A stretch of DNA of 64,000 nucleotides from Escherichia coli. Lineage in GTDB: Bacteria > Pseudomonadota > Gammaproteobacteria > Enterobacterales > Enterobacteriaceae. Location of the stretch: NCBI GenBank assembly GCA_023061495.1, contig GCA_023061495.1_3643.1. One strand, 5' to 3'. The position numbers and the translations under genes are program-made. Below the pieces are notes generated by a model that saw only the letters and a list, made by a program, of their open reading frames with translations, searched no databases and had not been told where the DNA came from. Positions 27,136-36,326 of the stretch are shown here, piece by piece. Positions within the stretch are counted from its first letter, which is position 1. Every line of letters starts with the position of its first letter.

Positions 27136-27294
27136 AACGGACGTGCGTTCTCGCTACGCTCGAAATAGAGAGTTGTTTGTAAGCGGCTCTTAAACGCTCT
27201 GTAGTGAGATTATTCATCTAAGGTATGCAATCGTGCACCAGATAAAGAAAAGGACGCCACAGAGCGTCCTAGGTGCCTTAAATTTGATATTTTG

Positions 27295-27606
27295 CTATAC
27301 CCATGAGGGCTTGTCCAGATTGGAGTAGCTGAAAGGGGTCAAAAGGTGATTGTCAAAATCTTTCAAACTATCCAAATCTTTTTCCTCGTCCTGACACCAT
27401 CTGTGCCTACATTTATTGTTGTAGTGCATAGAATGCATAGCGTTCTGCAACTTAACAGGCACAAGTGATTCAGGAGTAGATAGTATTGTCGGGTATGCCA
27501 GAACCACCTCAAACAGTGGAAACACATCGAAACTAAAGTCTACCTCTGCAGAGGTTGATGGCATATAGGAGTATTTAGCCGCCCTTGTAGACATAATCCA
27601 CCTCAC
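27295..27606 (-). CDS. Hypothetical protein
   Basis: ORF track; start uncertain. Confidence 0.4.
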   Translation of the reverse strand: MRWIMSTRAAKYSYMPSTSAEVDFSFDVFPLFEVVLAYPTILSTPESLVPVKLQNAMHSMHYNNKCRHRWCQDEEKDLDSLKDFDNHLLTPFSYSNLDKPSWV

Positions 27607-27929
27607 ACAGGTTTGATAATACCTTTACCGAATAACTCTTCGTATCTAATCTTATCCGGATCCCACTCCTGGATAATTTCGAAGACAATATCCAACCCTG
27701 GGATAATCACTTCTCCAGTGTCAAGTTTGGCAAGAACAAAACCAGAAGGCTGAATGGTTTCCCAGTTGCGACGATTGGAATAGAAGACCTCAAAAATATC
27801 ACCGACCCCGATCTGTTGATCAAGATGTTCAAGATTCTCTTTCATACGGACGCAGCGTATTTTTCGTGCAGGCCATAGACCGCCTGCATCACGTTCATTT
27901 AGCTCTTTTACAGTGATCGGTATACCCAT
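27603..27929 (-). CDS. Hypothetical protein
   Basis: ORF track; 4-nt overlap with downstream gene. Confidence 0.5.
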   Translation of the reverse strand: MGIPITVKELNERDAGGLWPARKIRCVRMKENLEHLDQQIGVGDIFEVFYSNRRNWETIQPSGFVLAKLDTGEVIIPGLDIVFEIIQEWDPDKIRYEELFGKGIIKPV

Positions 27930-27949
27930 CTCAAATCTCCTTCATAGAT

Positions 27950-27977
27950 AGTAAAAAGAGGGGCCCAAGCCCCCTCT
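27950..27977 (-). terminator. Rho-independent terminator (minus strand)
   Basis: AGAGGGG-loop-CCCCTCT hairpin followed on the minus strand by TTTTTAC. Confidence 0.5.
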
Positions 27978-27983
27978 TTGTCA

Positions 27984-28289
27984 TTATTCTACAGAGCGTT
28001 TGAACAGAATGTCTGCCTCGGACATGTGTTCAACCTCTTCTTCGATTTTAGCTCGACGTTTTTCAGCCTCATAGCGAATATCGAACTCGGTAGCCACCAG
28101 AGATTTGATGAATTTAGGAGAATACAGATGATCCTGCTTCTCAACAAGAATGATATCCTTGATGGCATCTTTCAGATCTTTAATCTGAAGCTGGAGTTCC
28201 ACCAGTTCTTCGATTGTTTTGCGAAGGCGATCACGTTCTGCAGTGTCAGAAGGAAGAGAGGTGAACAGTTCAACTTTAGATTTAGCCAT
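27984..28289 (-). CDS. Hypothetical coiled-coil protein
   Basis: ORF track; charged heptad-like sequence. Confidence 0.5.
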   Translation of the reverse strand: MAKSKVELFTSLPSDTAERDRLRKTIEELVELQLQIKDLKDAIKDIILVEKQDHLYSPKFIKSLVATEFDIRYEAEKRRAKIEEEVEHMSEADILFKRSVE

Positions 28290-28317
28290 AGTAAGAGTCT
28301 CCTTATGTTGTTTTAAA

Positions 28318-28569
28318 TTAACGTTCTACAAAAATACCGTTCAGTTCAATAACCAGAAATTTCTGGTCTTCACTATCGTCTCGTGCCAGCACCTCACAGA
28401 CGTATCGGTCATCCCCATCATCATCGCAGTCAAATACAAGACTGAGGACTTTATCATGGTAAACCTTCGCCACTACCGCCTCGTAAGTATTGCCGATTGT
28501 GAATCCAAGATAATCCCCGATGCATTTGACAACAACATGGTCGCCAGCATTTAAGTCAATCTTCGTCAT
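28318..28569 (-). CDS. Hypothetical small acidic protein
   Basis: ATG at 28569 (MTKIDLN...) preceded by AAGGAG; track ORF 28318-28635 trimmed. Confidence 0.5.
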   Translation of the reverse strand: MTKIDLNAGDHVVVKCIGDYLGFTIGNTYEAVVAKVYHDKVLSLVFDCDDDGDDRYVCEVLARDDSEDQKFLVIELNGIFVER

Positions 28570-28724
28570 TACTGTGCTCCTTGGGTGATAATATGGTATG
28601 TAAAACTTTAACCAGAGATGTGAATAACGCCCCAAAACACACCGACAGCGCTAAAACAGATAAGGCCATCATTAAAGCTTCAGTAAAATCAGTCATTCCT
28701 CACCTCTTGTTAGTAACTATACTA

Positions 28725-28988
28725 TCATTTATCTTCGCCGTCAAGAACTTTTTTAAATCTCTCAGGAATATCTCCTGTTCTTAGATAGCTCATGACCTCC
28801 CAAGGTTTCCACTTGAACTTCTTGCACAGTAAGGCAGCCGAGATCGTCTCGTTGCGAAAAGAAAGGATATTAATATCCCACTCTGAGAACCCCAATTTCC
28901 GAAGGGTAGCTACAGAAATCCTCACCGCAACCCAGCAGCAAAAACATGCAACAAACGCCACTGCTACAACCCACATCAGGATGTTCAT
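28725..28988 (-). CDS. Hypothetical membrane protein
   Basis: N-terminal hydrophobic MNILMWVVAVAFVACFCCWVAV. Confidence 0.5.
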   Translation of the reverse strand: MNILMWVVAVAFVACFCCWVAVRISVATLRKLGFSEWDINILSFRNETISAALLCKKFKWKPWEVMSYLRTGDIPERFKKVLDGEDK

Positions 28989-29077
28989 ACAGCCACCTTA
29001 ATGAAATACAAGGCATAGTGTTAAGGTTGCTACCCAGCAAATAATTAACAGTGCCGTTGCAACCTTGGCAAGATTTA

Positions 29078-29365
29078 TCATAGTGTCTCTAAAATTTCAT
29101 ACCCTTCGGGTCGGAAAACAAGCCACTCAGGTGCTCCATTTGGTCGATACGCTTTATACAGAACAACCTGATCTCGGCACATGCACATGGCTACATAGTT
29201 TTCATCAACACCTGCCTCCTGCATTGCATCTTCTTCTCCGGCAACAGCCTTGCTTACAACTTCCTTGGTAGGCAGGTGGGCGATCAGCTCGTCACCATCG
29301 TTAATTCCAAAATGACTGAGTTCTCCATTGGTATCTTTAATCTTGATCTTAACCAAATCTTTCAT
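29078..29365 (-). CDS. Hypothetical small acidic protein
   Basis: ORF track; ATGA-type overlap with upstream gene. Confidence 0.55.
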   Translation of the reverse strand: MKDLVKIKIKDTNGELSHFGINDGDELIAHLPTKEVVSKAVAGEEDAMQEAGVDENYVAMCMCRDQVVLYKAYRPNGAPEWLVFRPEGYEILETL

Positions 29366-29694
29366 TAGTCTTCCTCCAGGTTCAAAGGTCCTAAGATTTC
29401 ATATGCTAGATTAGAAGTTACCAGAGGGTCTTCTGCATCTTTAGTATTATACCATCCGTGAATAACCAGAGTCCCGCTGTGTTGCATGTCTAACTGGAAC
29501 TGCTCTGCCGTTTCCTCATCCATCTCCAAGATCTCCATGAGGTATTTGATGTTAGGGAGATATGCGGTTGTTACAGTCCCCTCTACCAGACCTTCAGGCC
29601 AACCTACATCCGGATGACAAGTAGGAACCAGAGAGGTCAGTTTAATAATGTATGCTTTTTCTGCACGAGCCTTCAGTAACGGATCAATTTTCAT
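29365..29694 (-). CDS. Hypothetical small acidic protein
   Basis: ORF track; overlapping start/stop with neighbours. Confidence 0.55.
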   Translation of the reverse strand: MKIDPLLKARAEKAYIIKLTSLVPTCHPDVGWPEGLVEGTVTTAYLPNIKYLMEILEMDEETAEQFQLDMQHSGTLVIHGWYNTKDAEDPLVTSNLAYEILGPLNLEED

Positions 29695-30044
29695 TATTCT
29701 TCCTCCTCTTCGGTGCCTGCTTCCAGTAGTAAGTTAAGAACATCTTCAGCAGAAGGTTCGTAGAACTCTTGGCCTTCGTTGTCGATGATGCGATAGTCAT
29801 CACCACGAATAATCAGAGGATCGTCATCAAAACCTTCAAGACCTTTAACAACGACAACACGATCGATTGCCATCATTGTAAGAACTTTATCGACATCTTC
29901 CTCTGCTACACCATACTGCAGCAGAATGTTTTTGGTAGGAGGAACAGCATCCACCACAACGCCGTTACCAAAACCTTCTGGAAGTTTAGCTAAAATATCT
30001 TCCGGAACCACATTCACATCAAAACCGGTAATTTCTACTTTCAT
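29694..30044 (-). CDS. Hypothetical small acidic protein (MKVEITG N-terminus, poly-E tail)
   Basis: ORF track; C-terminus ...EAGTEEEEE. Confidence 0.55.
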   Translation of the reverse strand: MKVEITGFDVNVVPEDILAKLPEGFGNGVVVDAVPPTKNILLQYGVAEEDVDKVLTMMAIDRVVVVKGLEGFDDDPLIIRGDDYRIIDNEGQEFYEPSAEDVLNLLLEAGTEEEEE

Positions 30045-30302
30045 TTACAGCACCTCTTCGTCAACTACTTCATAAAAATGGCCTGGGATTGCAATAGCGT
30101 TCTCACCTTCACCTACAAACACAGTTCCGTCAAGAATCAACATCATAAGAATTTCTTGAATATCCTCTTCCGGAACGTTGCCAAAACCTTTAATCAGCTC
30201 GTAGGTTGGAAGATTTACCTCTAAGATGTCACCATCTTTAGAGCGGAAATCAACACCATCCTGAATCTCTGCCGTTTCAAGGTTTTTCAATTTAATCTTC
30301 AT
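30045..30302 (-). CDS. Hypothetical small acidic protein (MKIKLKN...; paralog family)
   Basis: ATG at 30302; the track start at 30305 is a TTG codon. Confidence 0.55.
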   Translation of the reverse strand: MKIKLKNLETAEIQDGVDFRSKDGDILEVNLPTYELIKGFGNVPEEDIQEILMMLILDGTVFVGEGENAIAIPGHFYEVVDEEVL

Positions 30303-30381
30303 CAATCAGTCTCCTGTCTTGTTAAGATGAAGGTATTATTGCACACAGGGTTGGTGTTTTCAACACCTGTGTGGGATAAAA

Positions 30382-30777
30382 TTACTGGAACAGTGCAGAT
30401 AAATTACCTTCTGGTGGGAACTTATCCGCCAAGAATGGAGTCAGAACAGTGGCCTTCTGAAGATCTGGAGTCCACTCGTTGTTCAGAACATCCCAGTAGT
30501 ACGCAATGTTGCTGTGTGGGTGCCGCATTACGAACTTTTTCCCTTCGTAGTCAGTTGAAACCTCTACAGAAGAAATAACAACAGAATCTTCAAGAGTTTC
30601 TTCATAGAAAGATCCACCCTCGAATTTCCAACGAGATGCAAGAGCCCCTGCCTTAAACGCTGCAGATAACGGACTGTCGGCAAGAACATACATTTCTTGC
30701 ACTCTGTCGCTGCGATCTTTGCTTCTTACGTTGTATACAGTATCTGAGCTATACTCAACACGGTATAGACTTACCAT
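30382..30777 (-). CDS. Hypothetical protein (paralog of 32593-32991)
   Basis: Shared HP-S...YW...W-TP block (HPHSNIAYYWDVLNNEWTP vs HPDSRVKHYWNARTKTWTP). Confidence 0.5.
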   Translation of the reverse strand: MVSLYRVEYSSDTVYNVRSKDRSDRVQEMYVLADSPLSAAFKAGALASRWKFEGGSFYEETLEDSVVISSVEVSTDYEGKKFVMRHPHSNIAYYWDVLNNEWTPDLQKATVLTPFLADKFPPEGNLSALFQ

Positions 30778-31109
30778 TACCGCACCTCCTCAATAACTTC
30801 CACATCTGAACCTACCACAAATGCAAAAGGGCAGGTTTCATGAAAGACATCCGGATCGCCACCAAGCTTGCTAACTATTTCTCCACCACTAATAAACACA
30901 AGCTCACCGATATTCATCAGATTGCTGAAATAGTATCCATAATGATTAAAGAATGCAGCAGGGTCAGGCAGACTGGTAGCCTCAAGCTCTACATCGGTTG
31001 AGATTACTTTCTTATCATACCCTCTGGCCTTTTGAGATGCAAGATCTGCAGAATCCTCAGGCGACCGGAGATGCACAGGAATTGTTTCACCAATAAAGCG
31101 TACTTTCAT
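30777..31109 (-). CDS. Hypothetical small acidic protein (MKVRF...; ...DVEVIEEVR; paralog family)
   Basis: ATG at 31109 four nt after upstream stop; track start at 31136 is an in-gene TTG. Confidence 0.5.
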   Translation of the reverse strand: MKVRFIGETIPVHLRSPEDSADLASQKARGYDKKVISTDVELEATSLPDPAAFFNHYGYYFSNLMNIGELVFISGGEIVSKLGGDPDVFHETCPFAFVVGSDVEVIEEVR

Positions 31110-31113
31110 ATTC

Positions 31114-31377
31114 TCACCCAACAACCATAGCTTCAAAAGGAGTCATGAACGAATAAACGGCATCATCATCTGCTTCAGGGAATGCTCCCAAAGACTTCAT
31201 GTCTGAGCCCTTGACAAATACAAGGTTTTGATCAAAGGCTTCTTGGGGGTCAATCCGATACATATTTCGTAGAATATCACTTACCTCCTCATCAAGAGGT
31301 GAGTATGCTGTGCACGTTTTTCCGATCAAGCTTTGAGAATCAGGATATCCACCTGAAGTTTTAAAATAAACAATCAT
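31114..31377 (-). CDS. Hypothetical small acidic protein
   Basis: ORF track. Confidence 0.5.
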   Translation of the reverse strand: MIVYFKTSGGYPDSQSLIGKTCTAYSPLDEEVSDILRNMYRIDPQEAFDQNLVFVKGSDMKSLGAFPEADDDAVYSFMTPFEAMVVG

Positions 31378-31472
31378 ATAGTATCACCTCTAGTAAGAGA
31401 TTGGGATTCCTTTCCCACAAATAATTACAAACTTTTCTTTTTATTGAGAGAAGTATGCTAATCCAAGCAGGA

Positions 31473-31742
31473 TTACTCTTCTACAATCTCATACACATCA
31501 GGGGTTACAATCAACTCTTCTCCGTTACCTGGAGCAACAAACACTACCAAGCCTTCAGGTGTGTGCTTTTTAGCCATCTCGATAACATCTTCTCGCATAG
31601 CTGGCTCCATCAGATCAAAACCTTCACCCAGAGCATCACGAACCACCTTCATGTAGTCCACTGGTTGTGCTTCAACGATCATGCCTTCAACCAGTCCGCA
31701 GTTTTTGTCTGCCAGCTCAGTTTTGAATAATTTAATTTTCAT
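31473..31742 (-). CDS. Hypothetical small acidic protein (MKIKLFK...; ...DVYEIVEE; paralog family)
   Basis: ORF track; shared terminal motifs. Confidence 0.55.
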   Translation of the reverse strand: MKIKLFKTELADKNCGLVEGMIVEAQPVDYMKVVRDALGEGFDLMEPAMREDVIEMAKKHTPEGLVVFVAPGNGEELIVTPDVYEIVEE

Positions 31743-31879
31743 TTAGAGGTCTCCTCAATTATTTGATATTAATAGCCGTAACCTAACACATTAACTACAA
31801 CTGCGATTGCAAACATAATTTCAAAGCATGCAATCTCTACATTTGGGACTAATTTCTTAATCACACCCATTGTAGCACC

Positions 31880-32197
31880 TCATTCTCCAAAGTCAATCTT
31901 TACTTTGCCTTTCCCCTTACCTTTCTTTCCACCGCATTTAGCCAGCTGACGTGCTGCAACATCTACCATACGGTCAGTTGCCTCGTAAGCATCACTGCCT
32001 TTAGCCTTGGCAATAACTTCTTTTCCAGAATTGTCAAAAATGAACGCCATAACTTCCTGATGATCATTTTCAACTTTTACACTAACACGTGCATAGTTGG
32101 CAGATGGGTGCAAACGCTCCAGCTTAGACATTTTGTGGGAAATGAAAGACACCATACCTTCAGTGATTTCTACGTTGCCAGTGATTTCAATTTGCAT
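31880..32197 (-). CDS. Ribosome hibernation/translation inhibitor homolog (HPF/RaiA/YfiA family)
   Basis: MQIEITGNVEITEGM...KLERL...YARVSVKVEN...GKEVIAKAKGSDAYEATDRMVDVAARQLAK aligns along its length with E. coli HPF as recalled (MQLNITGNNVEITEAL...YVVLKVEK...GGEIHASAEGQDMYAAIDGLIDKLARQLTK). Confidence 0.7.
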   Translation of the reverse strand: MQIEITGNVEITEGMVSFISHKMSKLERLHPSANYARVSVKVENDHQEVMAFIFDNSGKEVIAKAKGSDAYEATDRMVDVAARQLAKCGGKKGKGKGKVKIDFGE

Positions 32198-32284
32198 AAC
32201 GTGCTCCTTTTAAGGAAGAGAGAATAACAACCATCTCTCTTTGAAAACAATAATACTATAGCTGAAGCGTTGTGTCAACAGTTT

Positions 32285-32575
32285 TTACAGCTTATTATCG
32301 ATAGTATCTAAAATATCTACAGCAAGATCTGCCATTTTTCTAACATACTCTGCAAACTCAACAGGATCCTTGATCAAAGAATTCACAGGGTCGTACCCTA
32401 GAGCGTTCAAAATGGCTGCAGCATCTACAACCTTCTCATCATTTGCGGAGATCTCACCGTCAAACTTGTGGGTCCATTTTGAGTCAATCTTGGCATGGCA
32501 GAATTGGTCCATGCTTATTACACCATCTTTTTTAAACGATTCGGTGTTATCAGTATCCAAAACTAAATCCATCAT
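32285..32575 (-). CDS. Hypothetical acidic protein
   Basis: ORF track; start may be second Met. Confidence 0.5.
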   Translation of the reverse strand: MMDLVLDTDNTESFKKDGVISMDQFCHAKIDSKWTHKFDGEISANDEKVVDAAAILNALGYDPVNSLIKDPVEFAEYVRKMADLAVDILDTIDNKL

Positions 32576-32592
32576 AGTGGCACCTCACTGTT

Positions 32593-32991
32593 TCAGTCTA
32601 GCTTTTCTTCAACAACCCCGTAGCTCGGGGCAGAGTCAAGAGCTTTTTGGTTTAAAAGTGGTGTAGCAGAATCTGCAAACGGTGTCCAAGTTTTTGTTCT
32701 GGCATTCCAGTAATGCTTCACTCTGGAATCTGGATGCACTATAACAAAAACTTTTTCACTTGTCAACACATTAATTTCTTCCACACCCTTGCTGACAATT
32801 TCTCCGTCATAGCCCCCAGTCTGGTACCCTTCGTACCAGGTTCTTGCATAGGCATAGCCAGCCTGCCAGCATGCAGCCTCCTCCGAGGTGGAGACTACGT
32901 AGAAGTCTTTCTCAAATTCTGGGATACGTCCTTGCTTTACGCTCCAAGCTCCGCGAATTTTCATTGTTACTTTGAAAAGCTTGTTCTTCAT
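32593..32991 (-). CDS. Hypothetical protein (paralog of 30382-30777)
   Basis: ATG start verified (MKNKLFK); shared block with 30382-30777. Confidence 0.5.
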   Translation of the reverse strand: MKNKLFKVTMKIRGAWSVKQGRIPEFEKDFYVVSTSEEAACWQAGYAYARTWYEGYQTGGYDGEIVSKGVEEINVLTSEKVFVIVHPDSRVKHYWNARTKTWTPFADSATPLLNQKALDSAPSYGVVEEKLD

Positions 32992-32992
32992 A

Positions 32993-33247
32993 CTACCGCT
33001 CTACAATCTCTACGTCTGTTCCTACACCGAAGGCATAGTAATGTTCTTCCCCAAAGTAATACTTGGGGACACCAGCTTTGATCAGGTCTAACCCGCGAAT
33101 AAATACCACACCGTGTGATACAGTGGAATGCTTCTGACGCACAGGATCGTTGTCAGGCAACCATTCAAAGTACACCGCAGGTACAACCTTCCCTTTAAGA
33201 AAGGATTGCCCCAAGTAGACGTTAGAATCAAGAATTTTGACCTTCAT
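32993..33247 (-). CDS. Hypothetical small protein (MKVKILDSN...; ...TDVEIVER; paralog family)
   Basis: ORF track; near-identical N-terminus to 33228-33461. Confidence 0.55.
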   Translation of the reverse strand: MKVKILDSNVYLGQSFLKGKVVPAVYFEWLPDNDPVRQKHSTVSHGVVFIRGLDLIKAGVPKYYFGEEHYYAFGVGTDVEIVER

Positions 33248-33461
33248 GATCGTCCTCCACTATCTCCACATCCTCCCCTAGGGCAAAGTTGTAGGCCCAC
33301 TGACTGTCAAAGCATTCCTGAGACGCGCCAGCGGCAATAAGATCTGCCCCTTTTATTTTTAAAAGGTCAGGATAATCTTCGTTAGGGATAGCGGTAAACA
33401 CTTTTCCAACTAAAGGCTCTTGACCAATATAGAAGTTTGAATCTAAAACTTTCACTTTCAT
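33228..33461 (-). CDS. Hypothetical small acidic protein (MKVKVLDSN...; ...EDVEIVEDD; paralog family)
   Basis: ORF track; 20-nt overlap with downstream paralog. Confidence 0.55.
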   Translation of the reverse strand: MKVKVLDSNFYIGQEPLVGKVFTAIPNEDYPDLLKIKGADLIAAGASQECFDSQWAYNFALGEDVEIVEDDHEGQNS

Positions 33462-33745
33462 CAGAGGTCTCCATCGGGCGGTTGTGGAACGTAAACACTG
33501 TTACGAATCTCGTCAGCAGTGTAGTAACAAGTTTTTCCCTCTCTGTCCCTGGCAGCAATGTATTCAGCTATACCAATAAGTGCCATAGCCTTGGTGGCGT
33601 ATCTCTTAAGCTCGTTAGCTCCCCAGCAAAATCTCTGCCAAAACGGTATGAAACCGAATAGGTACACCTTCTGTTTCACTATCCAATAAGTTCCTTTACA
33701 GATCACTTTAAACTCTGCAGCACTGTTACTGACACCATTGCTCAT
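33461..33745 (-). CDS. Hypothetical protein
   Basis: ORF track. Confidence 0.5.
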   Translation of the reverse strand: MSNGVSNSAAEFKVICKGTYWIVKQKVYLFGFIPFWQRFCWGANELKRYATKAMALIGIAEYIAARDREGKTCYYTADEIRNSVYVPQPPDGDL

Positions 33746-33757
33746 TATCTTCTCCTT

Positions 33758-34042
33758 TTATTTTTCTGGGTTTGGCAGATATTGCACATTGGCGGGAGGA
33801 ACACCGGATAGCTCCCAAACAACCATAGTGCTGTACCCTGGCACACTTCTAACATTTAAAAGAGTAGGAGCACCAACACATTTAAACTTCCTTTTCCCGA
33901 ATCCGTTCTCCATCATAACCCAGTATCCGGTATCCTGATCACCTGGAATTTGTGTTCCATCATCGTCCACCCAGCGGACGGTCCATTTCGATACAGCAAC
34001 GGCTCGGTATTTAAACTTTTTAAACCACTCAAACAGTTTCAT
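33758..34042 (-). CDS. Hypothetical protein
   Basis: ORF track. Confidence 0.5.
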   Translation of the reverse strand: MKLFEWFKKFKYRAVAVSKWTVRWVDDDGTQIPGDQDTGYWVMMENGFGKRKFKCVGAPTLLNVRSVPGYSTMVVWELSGVPPANVQYLPNPEK

Positions 34043-34137
34043 AATTCAGCCTCGCATAGCCATAATAACTATAAACAGACAAATAATGAATCCGAATGCC
34101 ACGCCACCCATAAACGTTAATATTGATGCGACCATAA

Positions 34138-34323
34138 TCAATCATCCTCGTTTGGCAGCTCTTCCATTTTGACATACCGGAAAGTGTTGCCGTAATAGTT
34201 GATCCATGACATCAACTCGTTTTCTTGCTCTTCCTCTGGGATTGACTCTCGGATGCTGACAAGTTTTAAGAAAATCCAATCACAATCTACACCCATCCTA
34301 CCGGACAGGCAATAGTGCTTCAT
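34138..34323 (-). CDS. Hypothetical small protein
   Basis: ORF track. Confidence 0.4.
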   Translation of the reverse strand: MKHYCLSGRMGVDCDWIFLKLVSIRESIPEEEQENELMSWINYYGNTFRYVKMEELPNEDD

Positions 34324-34341
34324 AGAACCCTCCCGACTGGT

Positions 34342-34536
34342 TTAAAATATTGCTTCTTCCATTGCACCTGAGAGCAACAAAGAGGTAATATGGCTAACAT
34401 TCATCTCAGACTCTACTTCCTCCCCTTTGAAAGGTTCGCGGCAGAATAGAACTGTTTCAGGACTTTTACTTCGAACAATATAATACAAATCATTCAAGGT
34501 GTTGTAGTAATAAGTGTTAAAACGTAAGTTTTTCAT
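34342..34536 (-). CDS. Hypothetical small protein
   Basis: ORF track. Confidence 0.4.
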   Translation of the reverse strand: MKNLRFNTYYYNTLNDLYYIVRSKSPETVLFCREPFKGEEVESEMNVSHITSLLLSGAMEEAIF

Positions 34537-34820
34537 TTTCTAGTCCCCTTCTTAGATTTTTGTGCAGAAACGCTTTCTGCAATACGAGACAGGCGTTCTT
34601 CTGAAGCTTTACCTACCCCAGGTTTCTTGAGCGGGTTATCTTTATGACCGCAATCCAATTGGATGCTAGATACCTCCCCAACCTTGTAAGTCAATTCTAA
34701 CAAAAGGTTGTCGTCCTTGTCAAATGTTTTTACGATAAATTTTTTATCGTCCTCCTGAACTTCATACCTAGTACCTGCAGTATACAGCATGGTGCCATCA
34801 GTGTAGGATATCCAAATCAT
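34533..34820 (-). CDS. Hypothetical protein
   Basis: ORF track; 4-nt overlaps with neighbours. Confidence 0.45.
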   Translation of the reverse strand: MIWISYTDGTMLYTAGTRYEVQEDDKKFIVKTFDKDDNLLLELTYKVGEVSSIQLDCGHKDNPLKKPGVGKASEERLSRIAESVSAQKSKKGTRK

Positions 34821-35164
34821 TGCACCTCCTTCTGCTGCAACAGCATTAACTCTTTGTTGGAAATCTTTACTGCTGTCTTTATTGTTCCATCTTCACGGAA
34901 CCACGACCAGAATTCTACAGTGTCGCCACTATCAAGCAAGGCATGACCGTGGTAAAAATCCTTGTCCTTAGACAGTTTCTCATCTATATCTGCATCGACA
35001 CATTCGTGATCCATAGCATTTTGCCTGAATGCATCGGTTATGCCAAGGCATGCCTTGCTCTCAAGACTGGTATATCCGATATCTTTTAATTCAGTTTCCC
35101 AAGTCCAGTAGCCTACAAAAGCCACAACAGCTGCCCACATCAATATCGACTTAATCTTTGGCAT
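34817..35164 (-). CDS. Hypothetical protein with N-terminal signal/TM segment
   Basis: MPKIKSILMWAAVVAFVGYW hydrophobic N-terminus. Confidence 0.5.
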   Translation of the reverse strand: MPKIKSILMWAAVVAFVGYWTWETELKDIGYTSLESKACLGITDAFRQNAMDHECVDADIDEKLSKDKDFYHGHALLDSGDTVEFWSWFREDGTIKTAVKISNKELMLLQQKEVQ

Positions 35165-35224
35165 TCTCTCTACCTCTTTCTTAGTTTATTTAATTATGGC
35201 ACATCCTTTGTGCCTTGTTGCACA

Positions 35225-35686
35225 CTACTTGAACAACAGTTCAAGATAGTGCAAAATTAACAGAAGTTGAATTACGCCTAGCACAACGGCGAGTATATTA
35301 ATCTTAGAATCAAAAAACTTCTTAACTTTTACCCAAAAAGGCTCCTTAATGTCCTTCACGATCCTATTTATAGATGATTTCATATCTCTGATTACCATCC
35401 TAAACATTAGAGACGGATCTTCCTTCTCTGTAACAGAATCGAAAACATACTCTCTTCGATCACAAGGACCTCCAGATCTGCGTATTAACCTCTCCACAGA
35501 GACCTCGTACGACACACCTGTAACGTAATCATCTATGACAAGTAGTGACGGGTCTTTATCATCCAAAGGTATCAGAGTTATCTTTCCAGATTTTGTTAAA
35601 ATTTCTCCTTTTTCAAGCAAGGTGTACCAATGCTCTCTACCAAGATTGTTGAGGCACGTTTTTACATATTTAACAAACATCGTCAC
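35225..35686 (-). CDS. Hypothetical protein with C-terminal TM segment
   Basis: C-terminal ILAVVLGVIQLLLILHYL. Confidence 0.5.
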   Translation of the reverse strand: MTMFVKYVKTCLNNLGREHWYTLLEKGEILTKSGKITLIPLDDKDPSLLVIDDYVTGVSYEVSVERLIRRSGGPCDRREYVFDSVTEKEDPSLMFRMVIRDMKSSINRIVKDIKEPFWVKVKKFFDSKINILAVVLGVIQLLLILHYLELLFK

Positions 35687-35886
35687 CCCTCATCGCACGT
35701 CTGATATAACCATTCTATAAAATCTTGATACCACTCTCCCTCTGAACGCTCCGTAGGCCAATAATCTTCCCCATCTCTTGCATTAAAATCCGAGTATTCA
35801 ACTTTCCACTCCTTTACCAGCTCGTGGAGAAGGTTTTCAGCCTGTTCTAAGGATTTATTTTTTGTCATCACTGTCCCCTTTTTCAA
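35683..35886 (-). CDS. Hypothetical small acidic protein
   Basis: ORF track; start uncertain. Confidence 0.45.
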   Translation of the reverse strand: MKKGTVMTKNKSLEQAENLLHELVKEWKVEYSDFNARDGEDYWPTERSEGEWYQDFIEWLYQTCDEG

Positions 35887-36088
35887 GATAATTATACATC
35901 AGTGCCGCGCCACCCAAAATGGCTACCAGCAGTAATACTCCAGAGAGCATTTCAATAAACATGGCTTGAAACATTAGAAGGCCCCCTCTAATTTCACGCA
36001 CCATTTTAAATACACACTCTTTTCCCATGAAGATGCTGAACTAAGTTCTGCATAGAATGCAATCTCCCTAAGAATAGTATAAACAGTT

Positions 36089-36325
36089 TCAGGCACTGTT
36101 ACCATTCTTATCTACCTCCTTCATTTTCCTGACGGTTTTACAGTGATCTACCAAGCACATAACAACAATGAAGAGAACGACAGGCCAAAAAGGTGCGGCA
36201 GTGATTATAGTTATAAAGTCGTCAAACTTAATTTTTCTACAAGATATGATGCAAAGAGTTGCTAAAACAACCATTGTCAGAAAGGTCAATGCGCAATACC
36301 AAACCAGCACAGTGTCTATAGTCAT
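36089..36325 (-). CDS. Hypothetical membrane protein
   Basis: Two hydrophobic segments. Confidence 0.45.
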   Translation of the reverse strand: MTIDTVLVWYCALTFLTMVVLATLCIISCRKIKFDDFITIITAAPFWPVVLFIVVMCLVDHCKTVRKMKEVDKNGNSA

Positions 36326-36326
36326 A

